A stretch of DNA of 64,000 bases from the human T2T-CHM13v2.0 reference genome, Homo sapiens. Below, one piece after another: positions 1 through 17,225 of the stretch. The stretch lies in assembly GCF_009914755.1 (NCBI RefSeq), contig NC_060944.1; one strand, given 5' to 3'. The position numbers were made by a program, and so were the translations under genes. Positions within the stretch are counted from its first letter, which is position 1. Every line of letters starts with the position of its first letter. A model generated the notes under the pieces. It worked only from the letters and a program-made list of their open reading frames with translations, ran no database searches and was not told the DNA's origin.

Positions 1-214
1 GCTAGTTAGAATTGTGGTATGATCCCGCCTTTCTTCCATGCCCTGTTGCTCTGCTGCTGCTTCATTTTAACCCAGAAATGATGTTGTAACTGAGAAAATT
101 GAGAGGCATGTTTTATGAGGTTCTCTTTGTTGTAGTATTTTTCCCAAAGAAAATGTCAGGTCCTGTTGATTAGAAATGGTAGTCCGTTTAAAAATATATT
201 TTTCTTTCTCCTAG

Positions 215-299
215 CCTGTGACCGCTGGTCAGTGCTTCCCAGACCTGATCTCCACCATGATGTCAACAGATTTGGCCATTCAGCAGTCTTACACAACAG
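215..299 (+). CDS. ATRN: ATRN exon ~11 (Kelch region), (A)CDRWSVLPRPDLHHDVNRFGHSAVLHN(S)
   Basis: Acceptor ttttctttctcctag|CC, donor AG|gtaatt; 85 nt, phase 1 to 2; Kelch-type RFGHSAV. Confidence 0.95.
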
Positions 300-352
300 G
301 TAATTGGAGAAGTGATTGCTCCTTTTCTTTTGTGTTTAAAATGAAAATAAAG

Positions 353-714
<362 letters not shown>

Positions 715-1383
715 TTATTCACAAGATTCCCTCATCCCAGTAGTTTTTTTACAGGATTATGTGGGTATAAATTTTCTGATTTATGTTTAAAATATTTGAT
801 GTGGAGGTGAATTACTTTGAATGCCATGTTTATTGATCTGGTTTTGTTAGCACGCAAGAGCATGCTTTTTGGTGTGGTCTGAGTGCCTGGGGCAACAAAA
901 GTTACGTGCATGTCATTGTCTTATGTCCTTTGTTATTGTTAGTGGTATTTAGGTTGTCAAGTTCCTAGTAGTTGTATCTGAATAGTAAGAAGTTTGGAAA
1001 AGAGGAGAGAGGGCACTTCAGATGGGGGGATAAGGTAGGAGAACAGAGGTGGAGAGATTGTGAAGTTTAATATAGCTCAAGTCTGTAGGCTCTGGATAAT
1101 CAGAAGTCTGCAGTTCATTGCATTTTATCGCTCAAAAATGCCTGGCCCAAACTACCAGAGCTCTTCAAAAAATCGGCCCTTGGAGAAGTCTCAGTCAAAT
1201 AAGGGAGATTCAGAGTGGCCACTCTACTTGTTCCTTACAGTGTGCTTTAAAGATTTTTAAGAAGTTAAACAGCCTAATCACATTATTAATTTTTCTCATT
1301 CAGTTTCTGCTATTACTACTGCTGTCTACTTTCCCTTTTTTAAAATTCTAAGCCATATAAATCCTAAGGATGTTTAAGCGTTA

Positions 1384-1788
<405 letters not shown>

Positions 1789-2872
1789 GGAAAAGTGAGA
1801 AGGTGACATATTTTGGAGATGTTGTGAAGGAAGAGTTGAGACAATTTAGGAACTAGCTACTAGGAAAAGGTGCTATCTTTTATAAGGTAATTATTTCGTT
1901 TTTTAGCAATGTGTATGGTTTTACTATGAGAACATTTGACAGCTAGAGACTAAAATGGAAGGATTTCTGGCCACCTTGCTAATTTGAAATGTTATTATAA
2001 ATCATAATCTTGAACTTCCTCAGTACAGAAGACCCTTAAAGCTTTCTAGCAAGTGCCTCTTGAGATTTTCATCTGAAACGCAGTGGGACCATTTTGTCAT
2101 TATCATGCCTGTGGGAGCCTGGCCTCAACTGTCTTCGTTTGTGTTCCTAGTTCTCCTAGCACAGGATTTGGCACATAATAGACATTTGCTAAATGGCAGG
2201 TATTAGTACAGTCATAACTAGCAAACAAATGAATTTTTTATAAAACATTCTTAGGTTTTATTCAAACTCAGAGAAGTTGAGACTTTACCATAAAATATAA
2301 TTTAACCATGAGTCAAAATTGGGAATGCCTTGCCTGAGTTGTAATGTTTTCATTTTATGTGATTCCAGTGGTATGTTTGAACCCTGATATGTAAGTATCT
2401 GTGTGTGTGAGACAGGATTGGGTAGGTGGCAGGAGACCCTGAGGGAGGCCAGCTACTAAAAGGCCATAGTTTTGGTTTAATTTTATGAAATAATTTACTG
2501 AAAAAGAAACTTCGATTCACAGCATTTCTTCATGCTTTAAGTGGATCAACAGCATTGGGTGAGCTGTGCCTTCCTTGGTTTTCATTGAGGTTTTGAGGGA
2601 GGCAGGAAGGAGGAGGAGAGATGGCTGTGACATACCAAGGCGGCAGGAGATGGAGCTGTGCCTCTCAGTTGCCTGCTCCATGTGTCTCTGAGAGACTCTC
2701 CCTAACTTTGCAGAGCCCCTGTGCAACCAGATGGATTCACAATTGCTGAGAACACCAACTGTACTGGGAAGAGGAGGTTGCTTATTTGGTTTAAGCAACA
2801 AATTAACTAGTTGAATCTAGCCTGCTTAATGTGGTACTGAGTAAGCCTATAGCAAGGTAAAAAATGAAACCT

Positions 2873-3168
2873 GGCCGGGCGTAGTGGCTCACGCTTGTAA
2901 TCCCAGCACTTTGGGAGGCCGAGGCGGGTGGATCACGAGGTCAGGAGATCAAGACTATCCTGGCTAACACTGTGAAACTCCATCTCTACTAAAAGTACAA
3001 AAAAATTAGCTGGGCGTGGTGGCGGGCGCATGTAGTCCCAGCTTCTCGGGAGGCTGAGGCAGGAGAATGATGTGAACCCCAGGAGGTGGAGCTTGCAGTG
3101 AGCTGAGATCGCGCCACTGCACTCCAGCCTGGGCAACAGAGCGAGACTGTGTCAAAAAAAAAAAAAAG
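2873..3168 (+). mobile_element. AluY-like
   Basis: Diagnostic gctaacac and gagcttgcagtg; gaaacct on both flanks. Confidence 0.93.
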
Positions 3169-3195
3169 AGAAAGAAACCTTATATTAATTTTTTA

Positions 3196-3383
<188 letters not shown>

Positions 3384-3424
3384 TATATATTTCAGATAAC
3401 AATTTGTTTTCATTTTTCACAACT

Positions 3425-4586
3425 CTATAAAGTAACTATAAACACTGAATTCTTGAATATTGAATTATTGCTCCTAGGGGAAATACAGGGTTATGTTTCT
3501 ATAAACCTCTGATGACATTTTCATCAACCAGTCAGCATACATAACTTTCTTTTATGTGTGTTTCTATTTAAAAACATCTTGTCGAATATATATTCTTGAT
3601 TTATTAACATTGAGCTCACAGCCAACAGCACTTTAACTCATGCCTGAACAAAGCTTATGTAACACACGTATTTTCTCAGTAAGGCTCGTCACAGCCTTCT
3701 TACACTTAGGAACACTAGACAGCACTTCAGCACTGCATAGGGGGCCATTTTCAGCAGTGAAAGCACTAACATAAGGCACAAAAATGCATAAAACATGGCA
3801 CTAGATACATCATGGAAGGGACACTTGTTTGTAGTATGATAGTTGAAACAAGAAGGGAGAGCATCTCCTTGTTTGACCTTAGCCGGTAATATGCATGTGT
3901 GTCAACTCAAATTTTTTGCCATTCTTTGCACACACATGCTGGTAAATGACCATGAAACTACTGCAAGTATTGATTTTGGAATTAGAAATAGATTTTATAA
4001 GTACGTGAATTTGCAAATATGGAATCTACAATCTGCAGATATGGTCATGTGTCACTGAATGATAGGGATACATTCTGAGAAGTGCATCCTTAGGCAATTT
4101 CATCATTGTGCCAACATCACAGAGTGTACTTACATAAACTTAGGCTACACATCTAGGCTATATGGTATGGCTTGTTGCTCCTAGCTACAAGCCTGTGCAG
4201 CATGTTACTATACTCAATACTGTAGGTCATTGTAATGCAATGTAAGTATTTGTGTGTCCAAGCATATCTAAACATAGAGAAGGTACAGTAAAAATGCAAT
4301 ATAAAAGATAAAAAAATGTACACCTGTACAGGCCACTTACTATGAAGAGAGGGAGCATACAGGACTGGAAATTGTTCTGGGGAGGTCTGTGAGTGAGTAG
4401 ACTGTACACTACTGTAGACTTTGTGAACTGTACACTTAGGCTACACTAAATTTATTTTAAAATTGTTTTCTTCAATAATAAATTAACCTTAGATTACTAG
4501 ATGACAACCATTGTACATGCCATCCATCATTGATGGAAACATCGTTACGCAGGACCACATACATGACTATAATGAGGATTGGCTGT
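3425..4586. mobile_element. MER82 (TcMar-Tigger), interrupted near its end by a Tigger3 element
   Basis: Recalled consensus matches ttgctcctaggggaaatacagggtta and cttaggaacactagacagcacttcagc; terminus atgaggattggctg resumes at about 4572. Confidence 0.8.
4042..4569. mobile_element. Tigger3/Golem-family DNA transposon
   Basis: Inverted ends gtcatg...catgac, TA on both flanks; body ctaggctatatggtat...gtacagtaaaaat. Confidence 0.8.
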
Positions 4587-4646
4587 CTTTTAAAGATGAA
4601 GACTTAATTTTTAAAACACAACCCCTATGCAGTTATTACACTTTTA

Positions 4647-7060
<2,414 letters not shown>

Positions 7061-7397
7061 TTTAAATTTGTACATTTTTATTTTTAATATTTAAAAAATG
7101 AAGATATAGAATTGCTGTTTAGCATTAAAAGATGTGAGCATATCCTGACACTAAAATTTTCCAGTGACTCATGGTTAAAAGTCAGCAGGCTATCATGAGA
7201 ACTTTTTAATACAGTAGCTATGACGAGGAGGCAGATTATTGGAACTATTCTGGGTGTGTTATAGGCCAGGATGAAAGGATGGAACTTGGAAAGGAAGGGA
7301 ATCATAATGTTTTTTAAGACCTTGAAAAATAATTTCTTAGAAGACTTATGATATGTAAGATTTGTTTGAAGATTGTCTGTAAAAAGTGTATCATGGT

Positions 7398-7530
7398 AGC
7401 TGGATGTGGTGGTGTGTGCCTGTAGTCCCAGCTACTCAGGAGGCTGAGGCGAGAGGATCTCTTGAGCCCAGGAGTTTGAGACTAGCCTGGGCAACAGAGT
7501 AAGACCCTGTCTCTTAAAAAAAAAAAAAAA
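7398..7530 (+). mobile_element. FLAM_A-like Alu monomer
   Basis: Monomer with A-tail; aaaaagt.ta.cat on both flanks. Confidence 0.85.
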
Positions 7531-7592
7531 GTATAGCATCCAATTGTTATCTGAGTCTCTAGTAAATTTCTTCTCTCCCTTTTTCCTCTTAG

Positions 7593-7813
7593 CACCATGT
7601 ATGTGTTCGGTGGTTTCAATAGTCTCCTCCTCAGCGACATCCTGGTATTCACCTCGGAACAGTGTGATGCGCATCGGAGTGAAGCCGCTTGTTTAGCAGC
7701 AGGACCTGGTATTCGGTGTGTGTGGAACACAGGGTCGTCTCAGTGTATCTCGTGGGCGCTGGCAACTGATGAACAAGAAGAAAAGTTAAAATCAGAATGT
7801 TTTTCCAAAAGAA
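7593..7813 (+). CDS. ATRN: ATRN exon ~12, TMYVFGGFNS...SECFSKR
   Basis: Acceptor ttttcctcttag|C, donor A|gtatgt; 221 nt, phase 2 to 1; Kelch MYVFGG in ORF 7597..7887. Confidence 0.97.
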
Positions 7814-8104
7814 GTATGTTTTTTTTTCTCTACTTAGATTTTAATGAATTTGAGACCTCATTTTATCTGAATTGTGAAGGAACTTAGCATATGTATACTT
7901 TTTATGTTTACCTTATCCAAAATTATTCAGTAATAACTTGTACAAAGTGTTTTTGGATATTTGAAAATTGGTTTGTAAACATCTCGGATGGGAACATGCC
8001 ATGTGGCTCCTAGAAGCTGTCTGCGAGTGATAGAGACATAACCGTTTTGGCATTGCATAGGCTTTGCATACTGACCCCAGATTCTGGCTGCAGTTGCTCT
8101 GAGG

Positions 8105-8300
8105 CAGTGCCATCCAGTAGAACTTTATTTTTGATGATGGAAATGTTGTGTGTCTGGACTGTCCCGATATGGTAGCCACTAGCCACATGGGCTATCAGAT
8201 ACTTGAAATGTAGCTAGTGTGAGTGAAGAACTGAATTTTTAATTTAATTTAATTTTAATTTAAAAGACATTTGTGGTTACTGGCTACCATATTGGATGCA
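8105..8300. mobile_element. MER3-like hAT MITE
   Basis: atatggtagccactagccacatg...gtggttactggctaccatattgga. Confidence 0.75.
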
Positions 8301-8598
8301 GATCTGACATTAAGGATTAAGTTAGGAGAGTCAGCCCAGAAAAGCCATGTTGAAGTAAATTTTTTTGGTGGAGGGAGGGAGAGCTGCTGTCCTTGCAAAG
8401 TATTTTTGTCTAGCGTCTCTAGTTGGATACAACAGTGATATCAAGACAGACAGTTACTGAGGATGGGCGATGATCCCTGCTTCTAGAACCTCCCCCATGT
8501 TTTTCAAGCTGTTTCCTTCCTTCTGCCTGCTTTGCTTCTTGTCCTATATTGCTGTGACATAGAGCACAATGCGGTACAGTGAAGCGATATATTAAAAA

Positions 8599-8895
8599 TT
8601 TATTTTTTGTTTTATTTTATTTTATTTATTTATTTATTTATTTTGAGACAGAGTCTCTGTCGCTCATGCTGGAGTACAGCAGCGTGATCTCAGCTCACTA
8701 CAACCTCCACCTCCCAGGTTCAAGTGATTCTTATACAGTCACCTGCCACCATGCTCGGCTAGTTTTTGTATTTTTAGTAGAGATGGGGTTTTACCATGTT
8801 GGCCAGGCTGGTCTGGAACTCCTGACCTCAAGTGATCTGCCCGCCTCAGCCTCGCAAAGTGTTGGAATTACAGGCGTGAGCTACTGTACATGGCC
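8599..8895 (-). mobile_element. AluS, antisense, with an internal deletion of about 28 bp
   Basis: (TTTA)n tail; lacks cctgcctcagcctcccgagtagctggga near 8731. Confidence 0.92.
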
Positions 8896-9087
8896 AGAAA
8901 GTTCTTTAAAAGTAAGAATGTTGTCTCTACATCAATTAATTTAAAGTATGTTGGCTGAATTTCTTACTAGTAGGATTGGTGTTGCAGTTAACTTGAGAGT
9001 TATGATGGATAGAAGCAGCTTTCATTCCTGGGATGCTGCTCCAAGTTAAACTTTTCACGAATATAAATTCTCAGTAAGAACACCCAG

Positions 9088-9447
<360 letters not shown>

Positions 9448-9821
9448 TTACCAGAACTTAGCAGGGTTAGCTTGTCTCTTGAAAGGGATAAAATCAGTGA
9501 AATAGTTAATTTTTAAACCAAATTTTAAAAGTTCAAATTAAATATGCATGTTTATAGGAAATAGTGTTGAATTACCTTAGGTGTTCATATCAACCCATTT
9601 GCTGTCATCTCACCTGAGACTTCAGTTCCCTGTTTCACCCCACTTTCTGGGTGGGCCCAGTCCTTGGGATAATGACCAGGACAGGAAGAGCAGCCTAAGG
9701 AGCCGACTGCTGGGGTCTTTGTGAGAGCGGCACCTGCCTTTTCCTGTTTGTGAATTCCCCCATGTGCCATGTCCATGAGATGGTTGAACAGATGAGACAA
9801 CATGGTTGTGCAGCTTCTCTC

Positions 9822-10120
<299 letters not shown>

Positions 10121-10685
10121 ACGCAGCTTCTCTTTTCTAGAGTTAACAGGAGATGCGGCAGGTCTGTAGTAGCCCAGAAATTCTCAGACTTGCACTCTTG
10201 AATTTACACGCATGTACAAAATGCAGCTCAGCCTAATGCCTCCTGTTCAGTTCTGTGGTGCTGCCTACTTCCTGTGCCCAAATTAGCCTTGCGTTTATAA
10301 CTAGGAGGAATGACTTGGTGTCCTACAATATTTTGGCTCCTGGGCTTCTTTGGTGTTCATTCTATTACTAGTTGATTTTTTTTTTCTTGGAAAGAAAAGT
10401 ATTCAAAGAGCCAGAATTTACTTTCATTATATCTTACAGTTGTTAAATTAACCTATCCTTGTTTTCACTTTCTGTGTACTTCTTTCTTTGGGGTACAAAA
10501 CAGTGTTTCTTTAGATTGTCTATTTCTAAATATTATTTTAACCAGAACATACCAAATATATTTTCCTGCCAGTTTCATTCTTCATTTTACTTCTTAACCA
10601 TTGTTACGATTTTTTTTTTAACTTCGGTCTCAGATTTTGCTCAATTGAAGTTGTCCCAGTTCATGAGATTTTGTTTTCTTTGCAG

Positions 10686-10807
10686 CTCTTGACCATGACA
10701 GATGTGACCAGCACACAGATTGTTACAGCTGCACAGCCAACACCAATGACTGCCACTGGTGCAATGACCATTGTGTCCCCAGGAACCACAGCTGCTCAGA
10801 AGGCCAG
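10686..10807 (+). CDS. ATRN: ATRN exon ~13 (PSI repeat), [15 protein letters not shown]...CSEGQ
   Basis: Acceptor ttttctttgcag|CT, donor CAG|gtcaga; 122 nt, phase 1 to 0; PSI cysteine pattern with CHWC. Confidence 0.96.
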
Positions 10808-11528
10808 GTCAGAGGCTGTTTCTTAAAGATTTCAGAAAAATCCCAATTTGTCATAGGTTTAGCTTTTATAGTGTATATGGTATAAATAATGGCCCAGAGT
10901 TACTTTTCAAATGGGTTTCTATTTGGATTTTATTATCCCTGAGGTTTTCCTTTAGGAAGAGATGTTCTGTATATTTCAAGGGTCCTACTAGCCCTGGGAA
11001 TTTGTGTATTGTGTTTTAGAAGAAGGTAGGACTGTTGTCCCTGGGCATGGCTGTGACTAAGCACTGGATCCTTGGTTTGAGGCATCTGATAGTGACCTCA
11101 CTTTACCAGTGCCAGGTTTTGATAAAGTTAGGGTTTGAGAGTGAGTCAGGTGTACAGCGGCCCATATTGAACTGTGGAAATGACAGACTTTGCAAAATCT
11201 CCTTGTTTTATATCTTGGTTTGGCATAATCTCACTGCTCATCATATATAGATTTTTAAATTTAAGTTATAAGATGACCCAGGCTTTTATAGTTTTTGACA
11301 GCTTACAAGACTTTTTTTTTTGTCAGTCTCATACAGTTCATAAAATAGAAAACTTTCAGACTTTTGAAGTGAGCATTTGAAAAGCACCAAGTTCAACATT
11401 CCCATTTTACAGATGAGCAGGTTGAGGCATGGTGTTTAAAAGAGTGGGCTGCTTCCTTGCCAGTTAAAAGCATGTCCTTGAGCAGAACATTCCATTGCAG
11501 TGTTCCCCACTGCAGAGCTACTGCAACT

Positions 11529-11538
11529 TATCTATCTA

Positions 11539-11605
<67 letters not shown>

Positions 11606-11621
11606 GTCTATCTATTTATTT
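11529..11621. repeat. Compound (TCTA)n/(TCTG)n microsatellite
   Basis: Directly visible, about 110 bp upstream of exon 14. Confidence 0.97.
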
Positions 11622-11729
11622 GCAGTTTGCTTCCTCAATTAGATTTTGTTGTCTATAATATCCTGTTGGTCCTCACCATAAGTTCTCTCTGTGGATACAA
11701 AAGAAAAGCTTTTGTCCACTGTGTTCTAG

Positions 11730-11868
11730 ATCTCCATTTTTAGGTATGAGAATTGCCCCAAGGATAACCCCATGTACTACTGTAACAAGAAGACCAGCTG
11801 CAGGAGCTGTGCCCTGGACCAGAACTGCCAGTGGGAGCCCCGGAATCAGGAGTGCATTGCCCTGCCCG
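11730..11868 (+). CDS. ATRN: ATRN exon ~14 (PSI repeat), [11 protein letters not shown]...ECIALP
   Basis: Acceptor gtgttctag|ATC, donor CCG|gtaggc; 139 nt, phase 0 to 1. Confidence 0.95.
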
Positions 11869-12562
11869 GTAGGCCTTGCAGGGTCATCTTGGTGTGTGTG
11901 GGTCCATTACTTCAGCCTGCTTCCCCCAACACTGTGCAGCCTAAGTTGAACCTAGCAGAGGGGAAGAGCTAATTCTGTCCATTCATCCCCCACACGAGTA
12001 TTATGGGCTTTTTTGTTTTTAACTAAAATACAGTTCTTAAGTATTTGTTCCTACTGTCCTTTGAAATAAAGTGAAACATCCTTTGCTGCTCTGTAGAATT
12101 GAGTGACAGCTTGGTTCTGTATCACTGAGCCTGCTCCTTGTCTCTTTCCCATCCACCTTTGATAACCTGGGACTAGACCATGATGTCTCAGCAGTCAGTC
12201 TGCTGAGCACTTTATGGAGAGTACTTCTTATTAACCACTGGGATTTAATTGTTGGCACCTGCTAATGGGCCTTCTCTGAGAAGGAGAGGATAGATACTTC
12301 TGTCAGCAGCACCTTTTAGGGGTGATCTCCAGCCCTGAAAACCTCAATATATCCTGCTTCTGAGGTTCAGGATGATGAACTCAGGGCCTGAGACCAGCCA
12401 GCCATGTGATATATTTGGACCAGGGTGGTCCAGAAAGGGGAACTTCCTTGTCTGTGCACAACATCTGAGCTTGTTCAGGGAAGTTGGTTTGGACCAGGCC
12501 CTTTTTGAATGTCCCTTGGAAGTTTTTGATTCAGCTTGCAGAGTGGGACTCTTTTCTATATC

Positions 12563-12690
12563 TCAGTGTGTCTCAAATTTTAAGGTACAGGAAAAGACCT
12601 GGGAATCTTGCGAAAGGCATATTCTGGTGCAAGTGTGGGGTGGGGCCTAGAGTGTGCATTTTATCTAGTCGACTGCTACACTGTGAGGAG
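12563..12690. mobile_element. MER5-like fragment
   Basis: ctcaaattttaagg...acctgggaatcttg...ggggtggggcctagagtgtgcatttt. Confidence 0.55.
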
Positions 12691-13452
12691 CAAGTCTTTG
12701 TCTGTTCTTAAATGATCTCTTTCCCATGGTACCTTTCTTTTATCTCAGTGACTGTTACTGTTAATGAACATTGTTGATGTCTCCAAAGTACTTTGGTTCT
12801 GGTGAAGTTGCTTTGTTCTTTCATTGTCTTCCAGGAAGCATTCATAGCTTCTGTGCAGTACCTTGTGTGGGTTCAGGATGATCACAGGTAGCAGATTACA
12901 AGCTTGTCTTGTATGCTATAGCCATATCACTTGGGTTGTTTCTCAAGAAGGACCTTCTCACCTTGCTTTTGGGATGCTTTGTACACTTGATTGTACCTTC
13001 CACCTGATGATATGAAAACAGTGCAGCTTTTGGAGACTATAGATTTGTTAATTCCTTGATTCATTTCCATTCTTGCAGTTTTTACCCCAGCCCTCCAATA
13101 TGCATATTCATTTGTCTGCTCTTCACTTAGGATTTTAGTTTTCTAATTGTTCTTCAGAAGGAAGTGTACCAGTCTAATATTGGCACCAAACTGGTGTTTT
13201 CATCTAAGACATAGGATAAGTGACCTCAGAATATGCTTTTTAGGATCCGGGAGATATCACCAGTAAACATTTTAAAATTCTTGTATTCTGCATTTGGTCC
13301 TTAATAATGTGTCAGAGGCTCCCACATCCTAATGAAGTACCTAGAATTTAAATTAGAAAGGCCATTTCGGTATTCAGTAATTTGAACTCATAATACAGTA
13401 GTTTTGTCTGATTTCTAAAATTCTTTTCTTTCTCTTTTCCCCTTAATGAAAG

Positions 13453-13643
13453 AAAATATCTGTGGCATTGGCTGGCATTTGGTTGGAAACTCATGTTTGA
13501 AAATTACTACTGCCAAGGAGAATTATGACAATGCTAAATTGTTCTGTAGGAACCACAATGCCCTTTTGGCTTCTCTTACAACCCAGAAGAAGGTAGAATT
13601 TGTCCTTAAGCAGCTGCGAATAATGCAGTCATCTCAGAGCATG
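13453..13643 (+). CDS. ATRN: ATRN exon ~15 (C-type lectin, first part), ENICGIGWHLVGNSC...SSQSM
   Basis: Pyrimidine tract then aatgaaag|AA, donor ATG|gtgagt; 191 nt, phase 1 to 0. Confidence 0.96.
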
Positions 13644-14019
13644 GTGAGTTAAAATCCTCAAAACTTAAGTTTCTGGTTATCCACCTTTCTACCAAGGGCA
13701 TGACTGCAGCTTGCATGTGGAAGGCTGTGGATATGTGTGACGTGCTTGGCAAGAAGGGGAGTGCTGGTGAACGCAGCCTGAGGGACTGTGGGTTTGTGCT
13801 GTCAGAGTCTCTTCCTCTTAAAATTTTTAATACTTTGTATATATAAGATCTATGAATAATTATATGGGGGATGAATTGTAACATGTATATGTGTACATAA
13901 TCTGGTGACATCAGTAGATTATTTCATACCTGTTTTACCTCTGGATTCTGCTAGGGGAGAAAGAGAGGTCACTGATAATTAGCTAGGTTGGATTAAGCCA
14001 CCTGAGTTCCTTGGAGTTA

Positions 14020-14457
<438 letters not shown>

Positions 14458-15830
14458 CTAAGCCCAGAAAGGCTCAAGTTCTCTGCTTGTCCACCCAGTG
14501 CTCTCAGGGGGCTTATAGTCAATATTCCATGATCACATTTTGTCATTTTTAGTCTGGAGTCATAAATTGTGATCCTACCGTCAGTTAAGTAGACTCATAG
14601 AACAAAGCTCTTTCAGCAGTTTCAGCTGTGGTACAGAAACGTTTAGTGGAAATGTTCTTACCAAGCAGGGAGGAGTTGAGGGCAACACTTCCTTGGGTAC
14701 AGCCTCCTTCATGTGAAGGTATGGAAATGTGGCCTGGGTCTCGGCTGCCTGTGGCCTCTGTGTACCACCTATAGGGCCATTCTGAGACTGGTAGGAGGTG
14801 CCCTGTATTTAGTTTTCTCCAATTAGTCCCTTTTTTCAGTGCAACTTAGATGGGGTATGGACACTCAAACATTGGTGATATATTCTTAGTGTGTTTACCT
14901 CAGGCTACTGTGACCACATTTGGTATTTCATAATATTTTGATAGCTTTTTCAGATTTCAGAATCTCCATTGGTGACTGTCTCTGTTGTTTCTCTTTCCAT
15001 GTCCAAATGTGGGTCTCTTCCAGCATTCCATCCTTGGCTGGCAGCTGACCTTTCCCATAGTTATTCACTCCCTCAGAAAATGGATGGCACCCAGCTTTGC
15101 TTATTACCCTGGTGTCTCTAACAATGACTCTCAAGTCCACAGAAGTTAAAAGGGTTCAACCAGGTGGCCACAGATATACTTCTGGTACCCTTTCTCTCTT
15201 CCTTAGGTTTTCTAACTCTAAACGTTTCTGGGTATTCTAATCTGCTGTGGCCACGTTTATGAAACAGAAATTCACAGTCTTAATGATAAGACTGACAGAT
15301 GAGAGACAACTGAAGTGTAATGTCCTTCCACAGCTATACCTCTAGATGTAGCCCAGTTAGTAGAGCCCAGATTTTTATGGAAAAACAAGAAAGGACACCT
15401 AGCCTAACCCTTAGGACAGAGGCTGGCTGGTAGAAAGCTGGAAGGAGGTGACCCCTGCAGGTGAGAAGGAGTGAATTAGGATGTCGAAGACGGAAGGGCT
15501 TTCTGTGCGTTAATTAGTGCCCCCATCTGTGAGATGTAGAGGGAGATGATTAAGGGAGTGGCTCTTTGAGTGAGCTGCAGGTAAGTTTGCATGGTTGGCT
15601 GCAGGCTGGATGGGAGGGGATTTTTATAGTTGAGCCTCAGGAAGGAACCAAGGCCAGACCCTGCGAGGCCATGGCTACAATAGTAATGGATTTGAATTGT
15701 ATCGTGAAGGCAAAGAAATTATTGAAGGGCCTTTAAAAAGTATTTTTAATTGTCTTTCTTTCTTTTGGATCTGTTTATTTTTAGGTCTTTTAGTAGGCAT
15801 GTGTATTTTTTCCTCTCAAAAATGGAAATA

Positions 15831-16188
<358 letters not shown>

Positions 16189-16359
16189 TTACCATTTCTT
16201 GGCTAAACTTTATATTTTGATTTTTAAAACTTGTTAAAAATTGCAATGAGAAGGAAATTTCAGGAGAGCAGAAGACAGACTGTCCCAGGTGTCACTGTCC
16301 TATTATTCCCTATAAAATCCAGTGCCAGGATGGATGAATGGATAAAGCAAATGTGGTAT

Positions 16360-16566
16360 AAGTTGAATATCCCTTATCTAAAATGCTTTGGACGAGGAGT
16401 GTTTCGAATTTTAGAATATTTGCATTATACTAACCAGTTAAGCATCCCTAATCTGGAAATCCAAAATGCTCTAGTGAACATTTTCCTTCAGCATCCATCA
16501 TGTTGGCACTCAAAAAGTTTTAGATTTTGGAGTGTTTTGGATTTCAGATTAGGGATACTCAGCCTG
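16360..16566. mobile_element. Tigger4a/MER46-like MITE
   Basis: Inverted ends agttgaatatccct / agggatactcagcctg. Confidence 0.8.
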
Positions 16567-16828
16567 TGTTTGGGGGTAGCCATCTCTTCATATAGACATT
16601 TCAGAACTTAAATATTGCTTTGCTATAATTTCTGTGAATTTTTGATATATTATCTTCTCTGAGCTACATTTTTATCCTTTATAAAATGGCCATATTGAAG
16701 TGATGATCTATCCTAATCTACCATGGCTGAGTCAAGGGATAAAGAGGTTTTCCTGTGTCTGTGGGGTATACTTAACTTGGTGGTTTTTATCTAGAAGCTT
16801 GTTTTGGTCAAGATGTTGGTTATATTCA

Positions 16829-16964
16829 GGCCAGGCATGGTGGCTCATGCCTATAATCTCAACATTTTGGGAGGCCAAGGTGGGAGGATCACTTGAGCTC
16901 AGGAGTTTGAAACTAGCCAGGGCAACATGGCAAGACTCCATCTCCAAAATTTAAATTAAAAAAA
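16829..16964 (+). mobile_element. FLAM_C-like Alu monomer
   Basis: Left-arm monomer ending about 40 bp before exon 16. Confidence 0.85.
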
Positions 16965-17005
16965 GATACTATCTGTATTCATAGTTGTGTCTCTTTTGCC
17001 TTTAG

Positions 17006-17225
17006 TCCAAGCTCACCTTAACCCCATGGGTCGGCCTTCGGAAGATCAATGTGTCCTACTGGTGCTGGGAAGATATGTCCCCATTTACAAATAGTTTACT
17101 ACAGTGGATGCCGTCTGAGCCCAGTGATGCTGGATTCTGTGGAATTTTATCAGAACCCAGTACTCGGGGACTGAAGGCTGCAACCTGCATCAACCCACTC
17201 AATGGTAGTGTCTGTGAAAGGCCTG
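17006..17225 (+). CDS. ATRN: ATRN exon ~16 (C-type lectin, second part), SKLTLTPWVGLRK...VCERP
   Basis: Acceptor ttttgcctttag|TCC, donor G|gtaagt; 220 nt, phase 0 to 1; CTLD WVGL motif. Confidence 0.97.
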
